A stretch of 64,000 bases of DNA from Adineta vaga (taxonomy: Eukaryota > Animalia > Rotifera). The stretch spans positions 62,001-126,000 of the forward strand of contig CP075492.1 in the NCBI GenBank assembly GCA_021613535.1. Direction: 5' to 3'. The notes under the pieces were generated by a model. That model worked only from the letters and a program-made list of their open reading frames with translations. It searched no databases and was not told the DNA's origin. Position numbers and translations under genes: made by a program. Within the stretch, counting starts at the first letter, position 1, and each line of letters opens with the position of its first letter. Positions 1 to 12,806 of this stretch are shown here, piece by piece.

Positions 1-474
1 GTGAAATCCAATGAAATCAGGGTGAAATCAGGGTGAAATCAAGGTGAAATCAGGGTGAAATCCAATGAAATCAGGGTGAAATCCGATGAAATCAAGGTGA
101 AATCACGTGAAATCAAGGTGAAATCACGTGAAAGCAAGGTGAAATCAGGGTGAAAGACTGAAATCCTGAGGTAGCATTGGTCGAGTACGGCAGTTTACTA
201 CTGTTATCAGTCGTTTACGTTGTGATACGATCGTAAACGGTGAGTGGTACGGTCGTGTACAGTAGGTTACGGCTGTCTCACGGTGGATGGTTGGTGTGAA
301 CGGTGATCGTGATCCGTCGTATACGGTACGGCGTCTTACGGCCGTAACACGGCGCATATTGAAACAGGTGGTTTCCTGGTCGTTTACGACCGTAATTTAG
401 TCGTTTACGACAGTATACGTCATCGTGAACGGTCGAAAACCGCCGTTTACGATTGTCGTAATGTTCGACCTGGG
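1..474. mobile_element. Right end of a non-autonomous DNA transposon with CCCAGGTC terminus (CACTA/EnSpm-like) and subterminal tandem repeats
   Basis: About 10-bp GTGAAATCA(G/A)G tandem units at 1-170, then ACGG/CGT-rich repeats, ending GACCTGGG (467-474) with an abrupt switch to AT-rich DNA. The same terminus occurs at 52700-52707. Confidence 0.55.
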
Positions 475-715
475 CAGCTCTACCATTTTTATTCTTATTG
501 TCTTATATTAATTTGTTTGATTACATATTTAGAATCAACTACGAATAACAAACGAGATAAATCATAAAAGATTAAAATCATCTATATTATTGTTTTGAAT
601 GTATATTGATCAATTAAACTTTTATCTGTCTTTTCTTTTCGTATTCTAAACTATTCTATTCAATTTCTTGTAGATTTCATTCTATAATATTGTATTAAAT
701 TCAATTCAATCAGAT

Positions 716-2604
716 ATGACTCATAATCCAACTACAGAAACATTATCAATGATTATGAAAACTATTTTTCTTTCATCACAACAACAACAACAACATGAAC
801 AATGTTCATCAATTTCTTTATTTACAAAATTTGATTATTTAAGTCAATTACGATTATCTATGAATGCAAATATTTCTCATCAATCAATTATACCAGTTTT
901 TCCTGTATTTAATGATCAATATGAATATTATCCATTATTAAGTAATATTCCAGGTATGCTTATGTATATGTATATAGTCTTATTTTGTTTCCTGTAATAT
1001 TCTATTTGTAGATGAACAATTATCAAAAGAAGAACATCAACTTAGAATTTCTTATCTGTACCAAGATCTCATAAATAAGACAATATCATCATTGACATAT
1101 ACAAATGAAACAGAAAATGATATACGAAAAATGTTACAGTACTATTCTCGAAAATGGCTCATTGATGAACATATCCTAATAGTCAATTTAAATCGATTAC
1201 TTTCAATACTTTCTCAATTGAAATTGAATGATTTTCATATTCAACAACAGCAAATATTATTTACATTATCTATTCAAGAATGGTTTCAAGTTTTAGAATT
1301 CTATCTACAAATGGATGGTTTGTGTTGATTAGAAAAAAATGAACATTCCTTTTTGCTTCTTATTCTACTAGAACAATGTTTCTTTATGAAAACATGTACA
1401 TTTCGTAATGCAAAACTTCGTTCTACAAACGAAGGTTTATTTTGTACAATGCTACCTGAAGCTCGATATGGTATGAAAAAATGTCGAGATCAAGCTTGTT
1501 TGTTCTGTTATGAACGTTTGGATATAACTCGACGATTCGAACCAGCAATGTACTTTTCTAATAGACAAATTCATCAATTTATCAATCAGTATCAAGTCTA
1601 TTTAAATTGTGATGTTGTAAGTTTCACATAGAAATACAATTTTTATCTATTCATTATTCATTTAGTTTTGTAAAACTTCGAATGTCATCTATGCTTTGAC
1701 TTGTCCATGTCATCAAAATGATTATATTGGTCGTTGTGTAGGACCTTTTCGAGATCGAATGAGGCGTACATTTTTTTTTCCATTCCTTCGAATTTTTTTA
1801 TTCTATATCAAATCTATCTAGAACATCGTATGAATGCTTGTCGACTTTTGTGCAATTTTTTCATTGGAACAATTGTTGCTGATCGTCTTCAAAATGAAAG
1901 AGAAGAAAATCCGTAAGTTAATCTATTATTACAATCGAGATGATGATGATGACGATGTCATATGAATCTTATTGATTATTTTAGAAAGACTAGTGTTAAT
2001 CATATGAAACTTTATCAACATTCAACTGAATGTCCTGTTGCTTTAAATATGTTTTTAAAATGTCAACCAGTCTATTGGTGTTTTGTACCAATGACAAAAA
2101 AACAAGCAGTGATCGAGAATGCACATATAACTAGTACAGAAAATCAAAAATTAATTCAATATCAAATAAGTGATCAATTAGAAATTGGACAGGCAAATAA
2201 TTATCTCTTACGAAATCCATATCTTATACGTTGGTGTATTGATAATTTGCCTTCATGTCCAGCAAACTATGAATTTTCTATAAGATAACAAATTGAACAA
2301 TTTGAATTCTTTCGAGATCGATTAGATTTATTTCCAACACGATATCTTGATTTATATAATGCAACAATAGTCATGGCTTGTATATATATATATATCTTTT
2401 TTTTATGTTCATTTCCAATATTCTTTACTGTTTGATTTAGTACCTGAAACGGCTTCAGATGAAATGCGTCATTTAATACATGCTTTATTGGTAACTTATG
2501 CTGAACCTAAATTAAATCTAACAACAATAACAACTGATTCTGACAATAACAATAGTCAAAATCCTTGGTGTCAACATTTAACTCATCCTCGTCTATTATC
2601 ATAA
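716..2604 (+). pseudogene. Terminon GIY-YIG endonuclease-like ORF, multi-intron, one nonsense codon
   Basis: After removing intron 1617-1665 it reads NCDV-FCKTSNVIYALTCPCHQNDYIGRC (IY...YIG), with upstream CRDQACLFC and downstream EHR and LYQH motifs. In-frame TAA at 2286-2288 inside continuing FSIR*QIEQFEFF. Confidence 0.75.
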
Positions 2605-2724
2605 GAGATCTTGTAGCATTCATTCTATAAACTTTTATATCATCTATTATTTTTGATTTATATATCCAATATAATCTTTTTTCTTTTTGGTTTTGCTTCT
2701 AGATAGATTTTATTAAAACATAAA

Positions 2725-3168
2725 ATGTCAAATGAATCAATATTCAACAGTTTTGAGGATTATTTTAGTCCTTCGAAGTGGTTCCATTGGTTGTCATCTC
2801 CAAAACAACAAGCGACAACAACTGCTAAGCCAATGACCACAACTGCTTATTCAACAACAAAAGAGTTTTTAATTACAAAAATGACGAGAACAAGAAATAT
2901 GACTAATTATAATAAATATCAGAATATTCAAAAGAATTTAACTTTACCATCATTTACAAATCAATCACCTAATCGAAATTTGCAAATATCATTGATTTTT
3001 GTTATAATTGTCTTATTCATTATATTACTTATTATCTTTACTTTGATCATTATCCAACTTCGACGACGACGACATGAATTGAATTATTTTTCATCTATAT
3101 ACCATTTTTTTCTTCGATGTAAGTTGATTTTAAGGCACAGTCAAATTCGTACTATACAATCTGTATAG
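2725..3168 (+). CDS. Terminon cargo ORF: Thr-rich single-pass membrane protein
   Basis: 147-aa ORF with hydrophobic ISLIFVIIVLFIILLIIFTLIII followed by RRRR, preceded by the same TCTAGAT acceptor motif as the other Terminon ORFs. Confidence 0.55.
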   Translation: MSNESIFNSFEDYFSPSKWFHWLSSPKQQATTTAKPMTTTAYSTTKEFLITKMTRTRNMTNYNKYQNIQKNLTLPSFTNQSPNRNLQISLIFVIIVLFIILLIIFTLIIIQLRRRRHELNYFSSIYHFFLRCKLILRHSQIRTIQSV

Positions 3169-3574
3169 ATTTGCCATATCATGTTTGTAATCCTTTGAAC
3201 AAATTCAAGAAGAAAATCATGAATGATGAACATAATTCTAATAGGGTTTGTCTCTTCACTTTTTCAATCTTCCATTTCTCTTCTCATATCTTTTATTTTA
3301 CATGAAGATTATGTCAATAAATCATCAATTTCGAATGCAAACACTTGTCAATGAGGATGTTGCAAGACCGTATTCAATTGCTTTTACATAAATATTTGCT
3401 CAATTATCTTTCTATTCTTATTCTTATTCTTATTCTTATCATTTTCTGTTTGTTTGTTTTTTTGCTATTCTATTTACATTTATTATTATATTCTAGCGTT
3501 TATTCTCTTCAATTTTTGTTTTTATTTTAATTTTCTCATTTTAGATTATATTCAATTTTGAATCATCAATCCTT

Positions 3575-4221
3575 ATGACTACTACCTCGAACCACCAACG
3601 CACACATATTGTCAATAGATGGACAAATGTAGACCTATTACATGATTTAATTTATTTGGCACAAACAACAAATCTATTTTTGATTGATACAAAATTAAAT
3701 TGTTTGACTAATAATAAACCGATAGCAGTTATTCGAATCAAATTTATAAATCAAAACAAATCAACAGTCATATTCGTTGAAGTATGTCATTTACCAGCAG
3801 ATAGACAATCATTAATATATTGGTTAATTCAATCAATATTTAAATATGTTTTTCAATCAAAAAATACTATTTTATCTGATGGCAATTTAAGAAATAAATT
3901 AACGAGATTTCTCGATTGTGGTCTTTTTAGCAATATTAATCTGTCTCATCTAAATTTGGTTAATTTGCGAAATGAACTCATGGATAATGGCCATTTCGAT
4001 CAATATTATTATTATTACTACAATAACAACAAAAGTACAAAACTATTATGAACACTAACATAATAATTTATTCGATAAATATCTAGGTAATGCTGCAGGA
4101 TACATTCATTCGAATCAAAATAGTATTGGAAACAATATAGAAATTCAATCCATGATGCAATATACTAGTAATAATTGTTTAGAAACTACTAAAATCATAC
4201 ATTCTATGAGCAAAATAAATG
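3575..4221 (+). pseudogene. Terminon DEDDy 3'-5' exonuclease-like ORF, degenerate
   Basis: ExoI-like FLIDTK (expected DTE), VIFVEVCHLP block and ExoIII-like MMQYTSNNCL (expected YxxxD), with a stop at 4049-4051. Confidence 0.65.
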
Positions 4222-4487
4222 TAAGTAGAAGAATAATATATATATATATATACATATATGTATGGTTACTCTTTGTTTTCATTTCTAGTTTTAAATTTCA
4301 AAATACTCAAGGACATATGCATTTCTTTTCTTTTTTGTTTTTCTATTCATATTTCAATATATTATTGCTTTATCACTTTATTCAAAATATTTCAATCATA
4401 TTATCTATCTAGTTTGCTTGTGTTTTTTTTTCATCTCTGAAATCATTCTAGATCCTTTTAAAACGAAAACAAAAAGCAAAGATATAC

Positions 4488-5545
4488 ATGGAGCTTACAC
4501 TTTTCCATCGACTTGATAACAATGAATTTAATATTCAGGACAGACATATTATTGAAGAAGCATGTGAATTAGCAAAAACAGATCCATTCGATGCCATGCG
4601 TCACATGATGCAAAATTTACTACAAGAATTTCACAATCATCGAGACAGGTCAGTGTCGTTTTAGATAATAGTTTTAAAATATTTTCTCTCTTCCTTTCTC
4701 GCCCTCTCTCATATTATCTATATTAGCTATCAAGCTGCATTCTATGATTTAAATCATCGAGCTCGACGAAATGCTTACTCACAAGGTCGTCTACACAGAC
4801 AATTTTATTGGCCAAATTCATTTTTAGGTTGTTCATCTGTTTTAAGTATGTTTTTCTTAAACAAAAAGCATAAAAAAGATTCAAGTCATCAATTAAATAT
4901 GCGTATTCTAGAACAATTTGTTAATCGGTGGGTAGTCGAAGAATTACCGCGTAAAGTAATGGCAAAATGTCTCATTTTAATTGGGCCAGGACATACAGGT
5001 AATATAATCTTCATTTATACTTACTACTGATTGAATTGTATTTTCAAGGAAAAACAGCATTTGCCATGTCTCTACCAGGTTTCTACAATTTTATGGTTGG
5101 TCCATGGAGTACAGAGGATTTTAATCCATATGCTGATTATACTATTTATGCTTATATACATTGGGATCATTTTCGACAGCATGGTTATCCTGATAAAAAA
5201 CTTCTCTTTTTACAACCAGGACGAATTCATGTAAGTATTGATCGATCATTTTTATTTATATCTTCTATCGTTTTATATTAGACAACGAATAGCCATGGAA
5301 GTCCAACTGTTGTTGATGTTCTTCAACCGGCTATTATTCTTCTTCATACACATGATCAAGGCTCATTAGCAAATGTGCCAAGTACAAATGATGTTTTAAG
5401 TACTACTCATCAACATTTTTGGAATAAACATGCTTATATCTATCGAATAAGTAAGATTTTATACTAAATACTTTCTAATTTGTTTTTCTTTTTTTCTCTC
5501 TTTTTTTTCAATTTAGAAGATGATGAATCATTCTATGGAAATTAA
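4488..5545 (+). CDS. Terminon Rep-like superfamily-3 helicase (geminivirus Rep C-terminal-like), multi-intron, Walker B degenerate
   Basis: Splicing intron ~4999-5048 gives KCLILIGPGHTGKTAFAMSLPG (Walker A). YTIYAYIHW sits where hhDD would be expected, followed by PAIILLH. No HUH nuclease motifs seen. Confidence 0.7.
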
Positions 5546-5704
5546 CTTTTAAGAAAATAATGTTTTTCGTTTTCTTTCATTTTCTTTTTTACATACTAAT
5601 ATTATTTGTTGTTGTTTTAATTTTTGCTTTATATCTTCATCATCGTAACCTATTCTATTCTATTCTATTCTAGATACATTCATTCTTATTTTTAATCCAA
5701 TAAA

Positions 5705-6931
5705 ATGCTAGTTGATAATCTATTTGATGAAATTAACCAACATCTTGATCGAGAAGCAAATGAATGGGATTTAAAGAATTATTATATTGCATTTAATGAT
5801 GATCAATATGAGAATAGAATTGTTGAATATTATCCTAGTTATATTTCGTTCACAAATACTAATTTTAAAATGACATTCTCATCCGAACTCAATAATATGG
5901 ATAATCCAATTGATATCAATGTTTTACAACAATTAAATTTCCTTGTTCATCAACTATCTCTCATTCATTTACATCAAGAACTTTGGCATCATTGCTTAGA
6001 TGCTTGTCGTGGTCAATTGAAACCAACAACATCTTGTATATTAGTATCAACATCCTCTGTTGATATAGAAAAAGAAATTCTTTCCTTTTATCCAAATATT
6101 GTGACAAATATTATGAAATATCGAAGAATTATTCATGATAATCAAAATCAATATATAGACTTTATTGAAAATTATCTTCAACAGTTAGCAAATAAGCATA
6201 AAGAATATCAATTAGAATATAATGATTTACAAAAACAAATAGAATCATCAACATATTATGAAGTTTTAAATACGAAAATCATGGAAAATGTTCAAAAACA
6301 TGGTCTCGAGATGATAAAAATACATTTTCAAATACGAATAAATTTAATTAAATGTATGGGTATTGATCGATGGTATCAATACAATTTTTTTCAACAGAAA
6401 CCAACAATTGATCAGGTATGTGTACTCTGTATTTCTTCTCTCTTGAACTCATTCTCATCTCAGTTTCTATGAGATATGTTTTAGTTAGAAATTGCCAAAA
6501 ATATCTGTATGTTAACATTAGAAAAAGAACAAGCTGAACAAGAACTTATTCAATTTAAATTTGGTGTTCTTTTCAAGAAATATCCAAGAATATTACGAGA
6601 ACTGATCACATATCCACTTCCTTCTCTGATAACAATGATTTCTGATGCAAATATTCGTGAACATTTATCAAAAGAATATCATTTGATTCTTCAACGAACT
6701 CAAGAAGATCTCCTCGGTCTATATACACAAGCATATGATTTCAAGAAAATAGATTGTGAAAATATATTTAATATGAAAACAGATGATATATGGCAAAGAC
6801 AACAAAAACTTTGTCCCGATGAACAATTAGATAATAGAATGAGAAGTTTAATTGAACAGCGCCAGAAAAATATTATCATATATATGAAAATTATCTATGA
6901 ATTGAGAGGTAATCTCCTCTGTTTCTTTTGA
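5705..6931 (+). CDS. Terminon coiled-coil (Athena ORF1-like) protein
   Basis: Two exons joined at PTIDQ|gt. Helical Q/E/K/L-rich sequence with the same LWxxxLxxxxG and F..xxPTxxQ blocks as the other CC ORFs. Confidence 0.7.
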
Positions 6932-7089
6932 TTTCAATTGCAACAATGGTTACATTCTTAACTCTCACACACTCATATTTTTATGTATATTTTACATTCT
7001 CATTTATTACTCATATAATATAGTTCGTTTTATTTCTAGATCATTTTTCTTTAATTTCTCATTGTTTTCGACATATATATTGAAAAAAA

Positions 7090-8489
7090 ATGGCTAATTC
7101 GAATAATGATGTATATAGAATAGATTGATTTCTTTGTTAGATTTTGAATTATTTTTATCTCTATTTGATCTAGTTTGATTCTACAACAACAACAACAGAT
7201 GATTTATCCGATGATCTCTTGTATAGCTTTGCCGTTACGATGGATGATAATAATCAAATTATAGATGAAGAAGAACAATCTCTTACTCAAACATTTAGTC
7301 AACAACGAATTGATTCTGTCAGTGTAACAAATAAATCGAATAGAAGAACACCACCACCATCAATTTCGCCATTTCCAAAAAAGATGAAAAATGATCAACC
7401 AGATATGAATACTCTTGCAGTAGATGAAATAATTCCTCAATATCTTGCATTAGATAGTTTTCGTTTTCAAAAATTCATTCAATCATTCCTAGCTACAACA
7501 GCAAATCCATTTACTCAAAAAGATATTCAAGATATGGCTTTAATTTTACGTCAAATAATGATAACACAATTACAGATGAATCTTTTCGATATTTATTTAC
7601 AATCGGGCACTGGTAAACTTGGAAAAAATGATCATTCATCACCCTCAATCAATACATTACAAAATCCTTTATTTCTATGGCCATTAGAAATCAAATCAAC
7701 ATTATCTCAGACGAGCAATGTCGATCACAATACTTGTCTAACCTATGTCAATCAAATACTTGATCAATATACAAATCAATTGAGAGATTATGAAAGAAAA
7801 ATACAAAATAAAAAACTTCTTCTCAATGATTTATTTACATTTGATATGGAAACTATTCTTATGGATTTTATAGAAGAACAAGAATTAAGACAAGTACAAA
7901 TTAGAATTCAAAGTAAAATTGCTATTATCAAATATGATTATCAAGATGAATTAATTGATCGGAAATATAATCAATTGCAAAAACCCACTGATGAACAAGT
8001 AAGATTTTTATTTCTTTTTAATTTCCTGCTATATATGGTTGTCTTATTTAGTTAGCATTATGGAAGAATCTTCTTGAAGTTAAAGAGGAAAAAGAAAAGA
8101 GTAACTATGAATTAGCACTTTGGAAACAACGTTTCCATAATCGACATTTACCTGATGTATTGAAATCATTACAATTACCAATTCCATCAGCCTTATCTTT
8201 CGATCTAATCAATGATACAAGGAATCGTCGAATCTTAACAGACCGTTATAAACGTATCAATGAACAAATGAAATCTGAATTAATGGCATTCTATATAACT
8301 ATTGCTGAAATGAAAATGAATGAATGTTTATTTAGATTCAATGAGCATATGACTCAAATGAAAGCGTCTCGACAATTCAATACATTTTCAATGAATCTTA
8401 TTGAAGAACGTTTTAAAAGTATTGATGAACGTTTCGAATATCTCTATCAATTGAAAATGCGTATATTTAATCAACAAAAACCAATTTAA
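7090..8489 (+). CDS. Terminon coiled-coil (Athena ORF1-like) protein
   Basis: IPQYL, IYLQSGTG and LWP motifs, and an intron after KPTDEQ at the same position as in the paralogous CC ORFs. Confidence 0.72.
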
Positions 8490-8648
8490 TTCATGAATTA
8501 TTTTTAGACATCAAATAAAACTTTGTTTGTTTGTTTGTTTGTTTTTTGCTTGAATTTATTAAAATAATCATTTTTATCTATATTATAATTCTTTCTCTCT
8601 TATCTCTAGATAGAGAAATAGAAGAAACTCAATTCTTATTTTTATATT

Positions 8649-9475
8649 ATGACTACAAATAATTCAAACAACACTGATACAAGTCTTGATAAAGCTCTCA
8701 ATGATTTACTCAATGATACAGAATTTTGTAGACAATTTGATACAACCGTACAAGAAACAGGTAGTATGACAACTGTTGAAAACAATATACCATCATCCGC
8801 TGAAACAACACCAAATCCATTAGATATAGCATATCTGAATGTAAATATAACTTTTATATTGTTCTCTATCTCTGGGAAAAGAAAAAACTCAAAATGATTA
8901 TGATATACTATAGGAATCACAAGTTCATGAACAGGATAATCTAATTCAGTTGTCTGGAACACAAAGTGAGTGAAACTTGAAGACAAACAAAAAAGTTGTA
9001 TCATGATTATAATTTAGGTCAAACAACGCGTGAAGCATCGGTATCTCTTCAACATGCAATAGAATCGATGACGAAACAAAATAATGAAATTATACTACCA
9101 ATTGATTCTCGAAAAGTATCATCAACAGATATAATGCCAAAGACGCCAATAAAGATATCAACAATTACGGTATCGAACAATCCACCAACAATGATATCGA
9201 TTGGTACAATGCCTATGACACCTGTTGGATTCAAATCAATTGGAACAATGCCTATGACACCTGTAGGTTTTAAATCAATTGGAACAATGCCTATGACACC
9301 TGTAGGTTTTAAATCAATTGGCACAATGTCAGAAACACCAACGACAACAGCATCATCACCATTACCTCGTTCGAATATTGAAATAATCGATCTTGTTTCT
9401 CCAACAATAGATGAAACGATCGATTTATGTTCACCTGATCATTCACCAACAACGGATGCTAATACCAATCAATGA
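8649..9475 (+). CDS. Terminon cargo ORF: low-complexity S/T/P-rich protein with 13-aa repeats (intron structure uncertain)
   Basis: ORFs 8649-8897 and 8996-9475 separated by intron-like segments; SIGTMPMTPVGFK repeated about 3.4 times. Confidence 0.5.
9197..9328 (+). repeat. 39-bp coding tandem repeat, about 3.4 copies
   Basis: TCAATTGGAACAATGCCTATGACACCTGTAGGTTTTAAA units differing only at synonymous positions across the full copies. Confidence 0.9.
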
Positions 9476-9833
9476 ATATCTATAAAGACGAGTATACATT
9501 TTTGATCAAATTCTCTCTCTCCCTCTCATATCAATTTTTTTCTTTTCATTATTATTTCAAATAGTTGCAATATTCATTTAAAAGAATTTATATCTATATC
9601 TAATCAATTTTTTGCTTATATAAAATTTCTTTTTCATATATGTCAATTATTTCCTTGATTATCAGAAGATACTGTCAATCAAATTAATGACGTCGTGATC
9701 ATGACACCAATTAATGAATGATTGATATAAAAAATTATGACATCAATTATGAATTCAATCATGTCATACAATTGTTTATATTATCTCTTTCATCTATGCA
9801 TATCTCTTTTTTCACCAATGAGAAAAATCCAAG

Positions 9834-9868
<35 letters not shown>

Positions 9869-10014
9869 TTCTCTTTCTCACTCTTGCTTCCCCGACTATA
9901 TATAATGCATACACAAACTATTCTTTCTCCACAAATCTTCTCACTCTCTTCTTTATACTTGCACAAGTTTAGATAAATTTTAGATTTTTGTCTTATTTCT
10001 ATAATTACAAACAA

Positions 10015-11150
10015 ATGGAAGTATTTGATGAAGAATCAAATTTATTAACTGAAAATGAAACTGATATGATCAATTGATCAACATTTATCAATCATATCAA
10101 GAAAAAAGCAATTATACCAGAATGTTCTACAACAATGCCAACAATAATCATGGAAAATACCTATGATTATGATTCTTTACCTGATTCAGTATTTTCAAAA
10201 TTTATATCTGATAGTTTTGGTAAAGATGAAACTGGTTACTGGCATATTAATGAAACAAAGAGAATAAAATATCTTCGTCAATATACAAAAGTCGTAGATC
10301 ATCTTTTATTTTTTGAGATTACAAAGAAAACAAAAACATTAGAAATATCAATATCACCTTGGTAGAATGCAAGATATCTAGAATGGTAAAGTATCAAAGC
10401 TAATGGCTAAAAATTATTCAATTTTTCAGACATATAGTGCATCCAAAGCAGCTATGGAAAAATATTTAACAAAAATTAGACAATATGAAGACGATGCTGG
10501 AAAGGTAGTTGATGATTTTGATGATCACACGTTTCCAAAGAATGAACATGGTGATATTGATGAAGAATATTACATGTTCAAAATTGAACAAATTATTTTT
10601 CAATTTGTTGCAGACAAATAGAAATTATTAGAAGATGAATTTGAATTCAAACGACAATTATTTCAAATTGGAAGTAAGTGATCATAAATTACTTAAACAA
10701 TTCTTTAAAATAAAGCCAAAGAAGAGAATGATATCATACGTTCAATTGACATCAATAGCGTACGTAATATAAGTATCAAAATGCATCAAATTTATATAAT
10801 GGAATTAGAAAAATCAATTTAGAATATTTTATTAAATTGTATAAAAGACGCATTACATAATGAACAAACACATCCTTATCATTTTTCACCTAAAAAATTA
10901 CAATTAAAATTAATACAACATTCACAGCAAAGTACAATGACTAATGAAACTTATTTCATTTTTATAAAAGAAAATTTGAAGAAATTATAAGATCAAATAA
11001 TGCGATGTAAAAGACAAATTACGGTTTAAAGTAAATATATTTTAAATTATCATGAAATTATCGAAGCTATACTTTACTCATTTATTCAACAACATTTTAT
11101 ATCTATTACGCATTGATACACAATATGAATATGAATTTATCATGGATCGT
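10015..11150 (+). pseudogene. Degenerate Terminon coiled-coil ORF(s)
   Basis: YDSLPDSVF and YLRQYTKVVDHL resemble the CC ORFs at 17200 and 21221; several stops and frameshifts. Confidence 0.55.
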
Positions 11151-11294
11151 TTATTACATAGTATTTCATTGAAATAATAACTATGATTCTTTTTCTTTTG
11201 ATTTAATCACACATGCATGTTTTTTGTTTTTATAATATTCTCTATATAATTCTAGATATTTCATTTTATTTCGCATACATTTTCAAGTTATACA

Positions 11295-12642
11295 ATGGAA
11301 CAAGTAAGAAGAAGAAGAAGAAGAAGAAGAAAATTAGTAGAAATATTTTTTATTTCTCTTGTTTGTCGAATTTTTGGATTATTCAAAATAGTTATGAGCT
11401 GACGGATGATGAAATGAAAGAATTCTTCTATTTGGACCCATTTGTATCATCAGTCAATGAAAATGAAATCAGTGTCAATAGTTTATATGAAAATGAATAT
11501 CATTCAATTTCGATTACTGATCTTCTTGAAGTAAGTGACTTATGCTTTGTTCTCTTCAGTACACTGATCTCTTGATTATCTATTTAGATTCCTGATTATT
11601 TATCCATGAAAAATAATAATCGAAAATTTCAAGATATGTTTGAACAAAAAATTGATTTTCTACCTACGGGTAATATGCTGAATATGGAATCGTTACGCAA
11701 ATTTTCGATTCTTATCTATCAGTCAAATGTACTTGATTTGGAAATGACACTTTGGAATTCTTATATGAAATCAGGTATAGGTCATTTAGAAACCAATGAA
11801 TCGAATTTAAAGGTATGGCCATCAAAAATAAAATCTATGATTCAATTTGCTCGTTGCCCAACGACAATAAGCGATCGTGAACAAATTCAAGTTAATGAAA
11901 ATGATTATCTCATATTTGTTCGTGATCATTTACGCAAATTAGGTGAAAAACAACAACAAATCAAAGAAGAACTATTGGAAAAGAAAACATATTGGTCCAC
12001 GTTAACAACGAGTATAGAAAATATTCTTGAAACATTTATTCAAGAAAATATATCGATTTTACGTTTACAATATGATGAAAAAATTAAATTACTTCATTTT
12101 GATTATCGTGAATATATACTAAATCATAAATTTCAAGAACAACATCCTACTAAACAACAGGTAAAAGAATTCTTCTTAGTAATAATTCTATATATATATA
12201 TATATATTAAAATTTATTTCAGATTGAATTAAGTCAAAGTCTATTCAATCATCAACATGGTTATGAAACTACAAAACAGGAATTAAATTGGATTCAATGT
12301 CAAATTCAAAGACATAAATTATTAGATGTATTAAGTAATATTCAATTATCTTTATCAACTGCAATTCGATCATTGAATGATATGGATTTACGACATCATT
12401 TAATGAATCGTCATCAACACATTATACAACAATATCGACAAGAAATGATTAAAATAATTGTCGATACAATGCAAGCAAAATTAAATGAATTTCGAAAATT
12501 ATTTGAAAATCAAGTAGCTCTCATGCGAGAATCTTTACAGTCGAATCAAATCATGCTTGATTTAATTGAAAAACATTTACTTCTTATTAGTAAAAAAATT
12601 CAATCTATTTACGAGTATAAAGATGCTATTCGTGCTATGTAA
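11295..12642 (+). CDS. Terminon coiled-coil (Athena ORF1-like) protein
   Basis: IPDYL, LWNSYMKSGIG, VWP and HPTKQQ|gt intron, as in the paralogues at 5705 and 7090. Confidence 0.72.
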
Positions 12643-12806
12643 TTTTTTCTTTTTCTATCTTATAATTCTTGTTTTTGGTTTTTGTTTTGTTTGTATGCAT
12701 AACATATTTAGCCAAGTATCTATCATTTTCATTTAAATTCTAGATATCATACATTTCTTCAATCTATATATCTATGGCATCAACAACTGTTCATAATTCT
12801 ACATAT

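Noticed and set aside
1-170. Regular short repeats as a CRISPR array or as the telomere repeat
   Set aside because: The units are ~10 bp without unique spacers, there are no cas genes, and they sit inside a transposon end. The telomeric repeat here is TGTGGG/TGAGGG.
9049-9324. Minus-strand ORF with PIDLKPTGVIGIV repeats
   Set aside because: Antisense shadow of the 39-bp repeat; the synonymous variation fits the plus-strand frame.
9718-10014. ORFs with SLSLSL or RERERE runs
   Set aside because: Translations of a (CT)n microsatellite in an intergenic tract.
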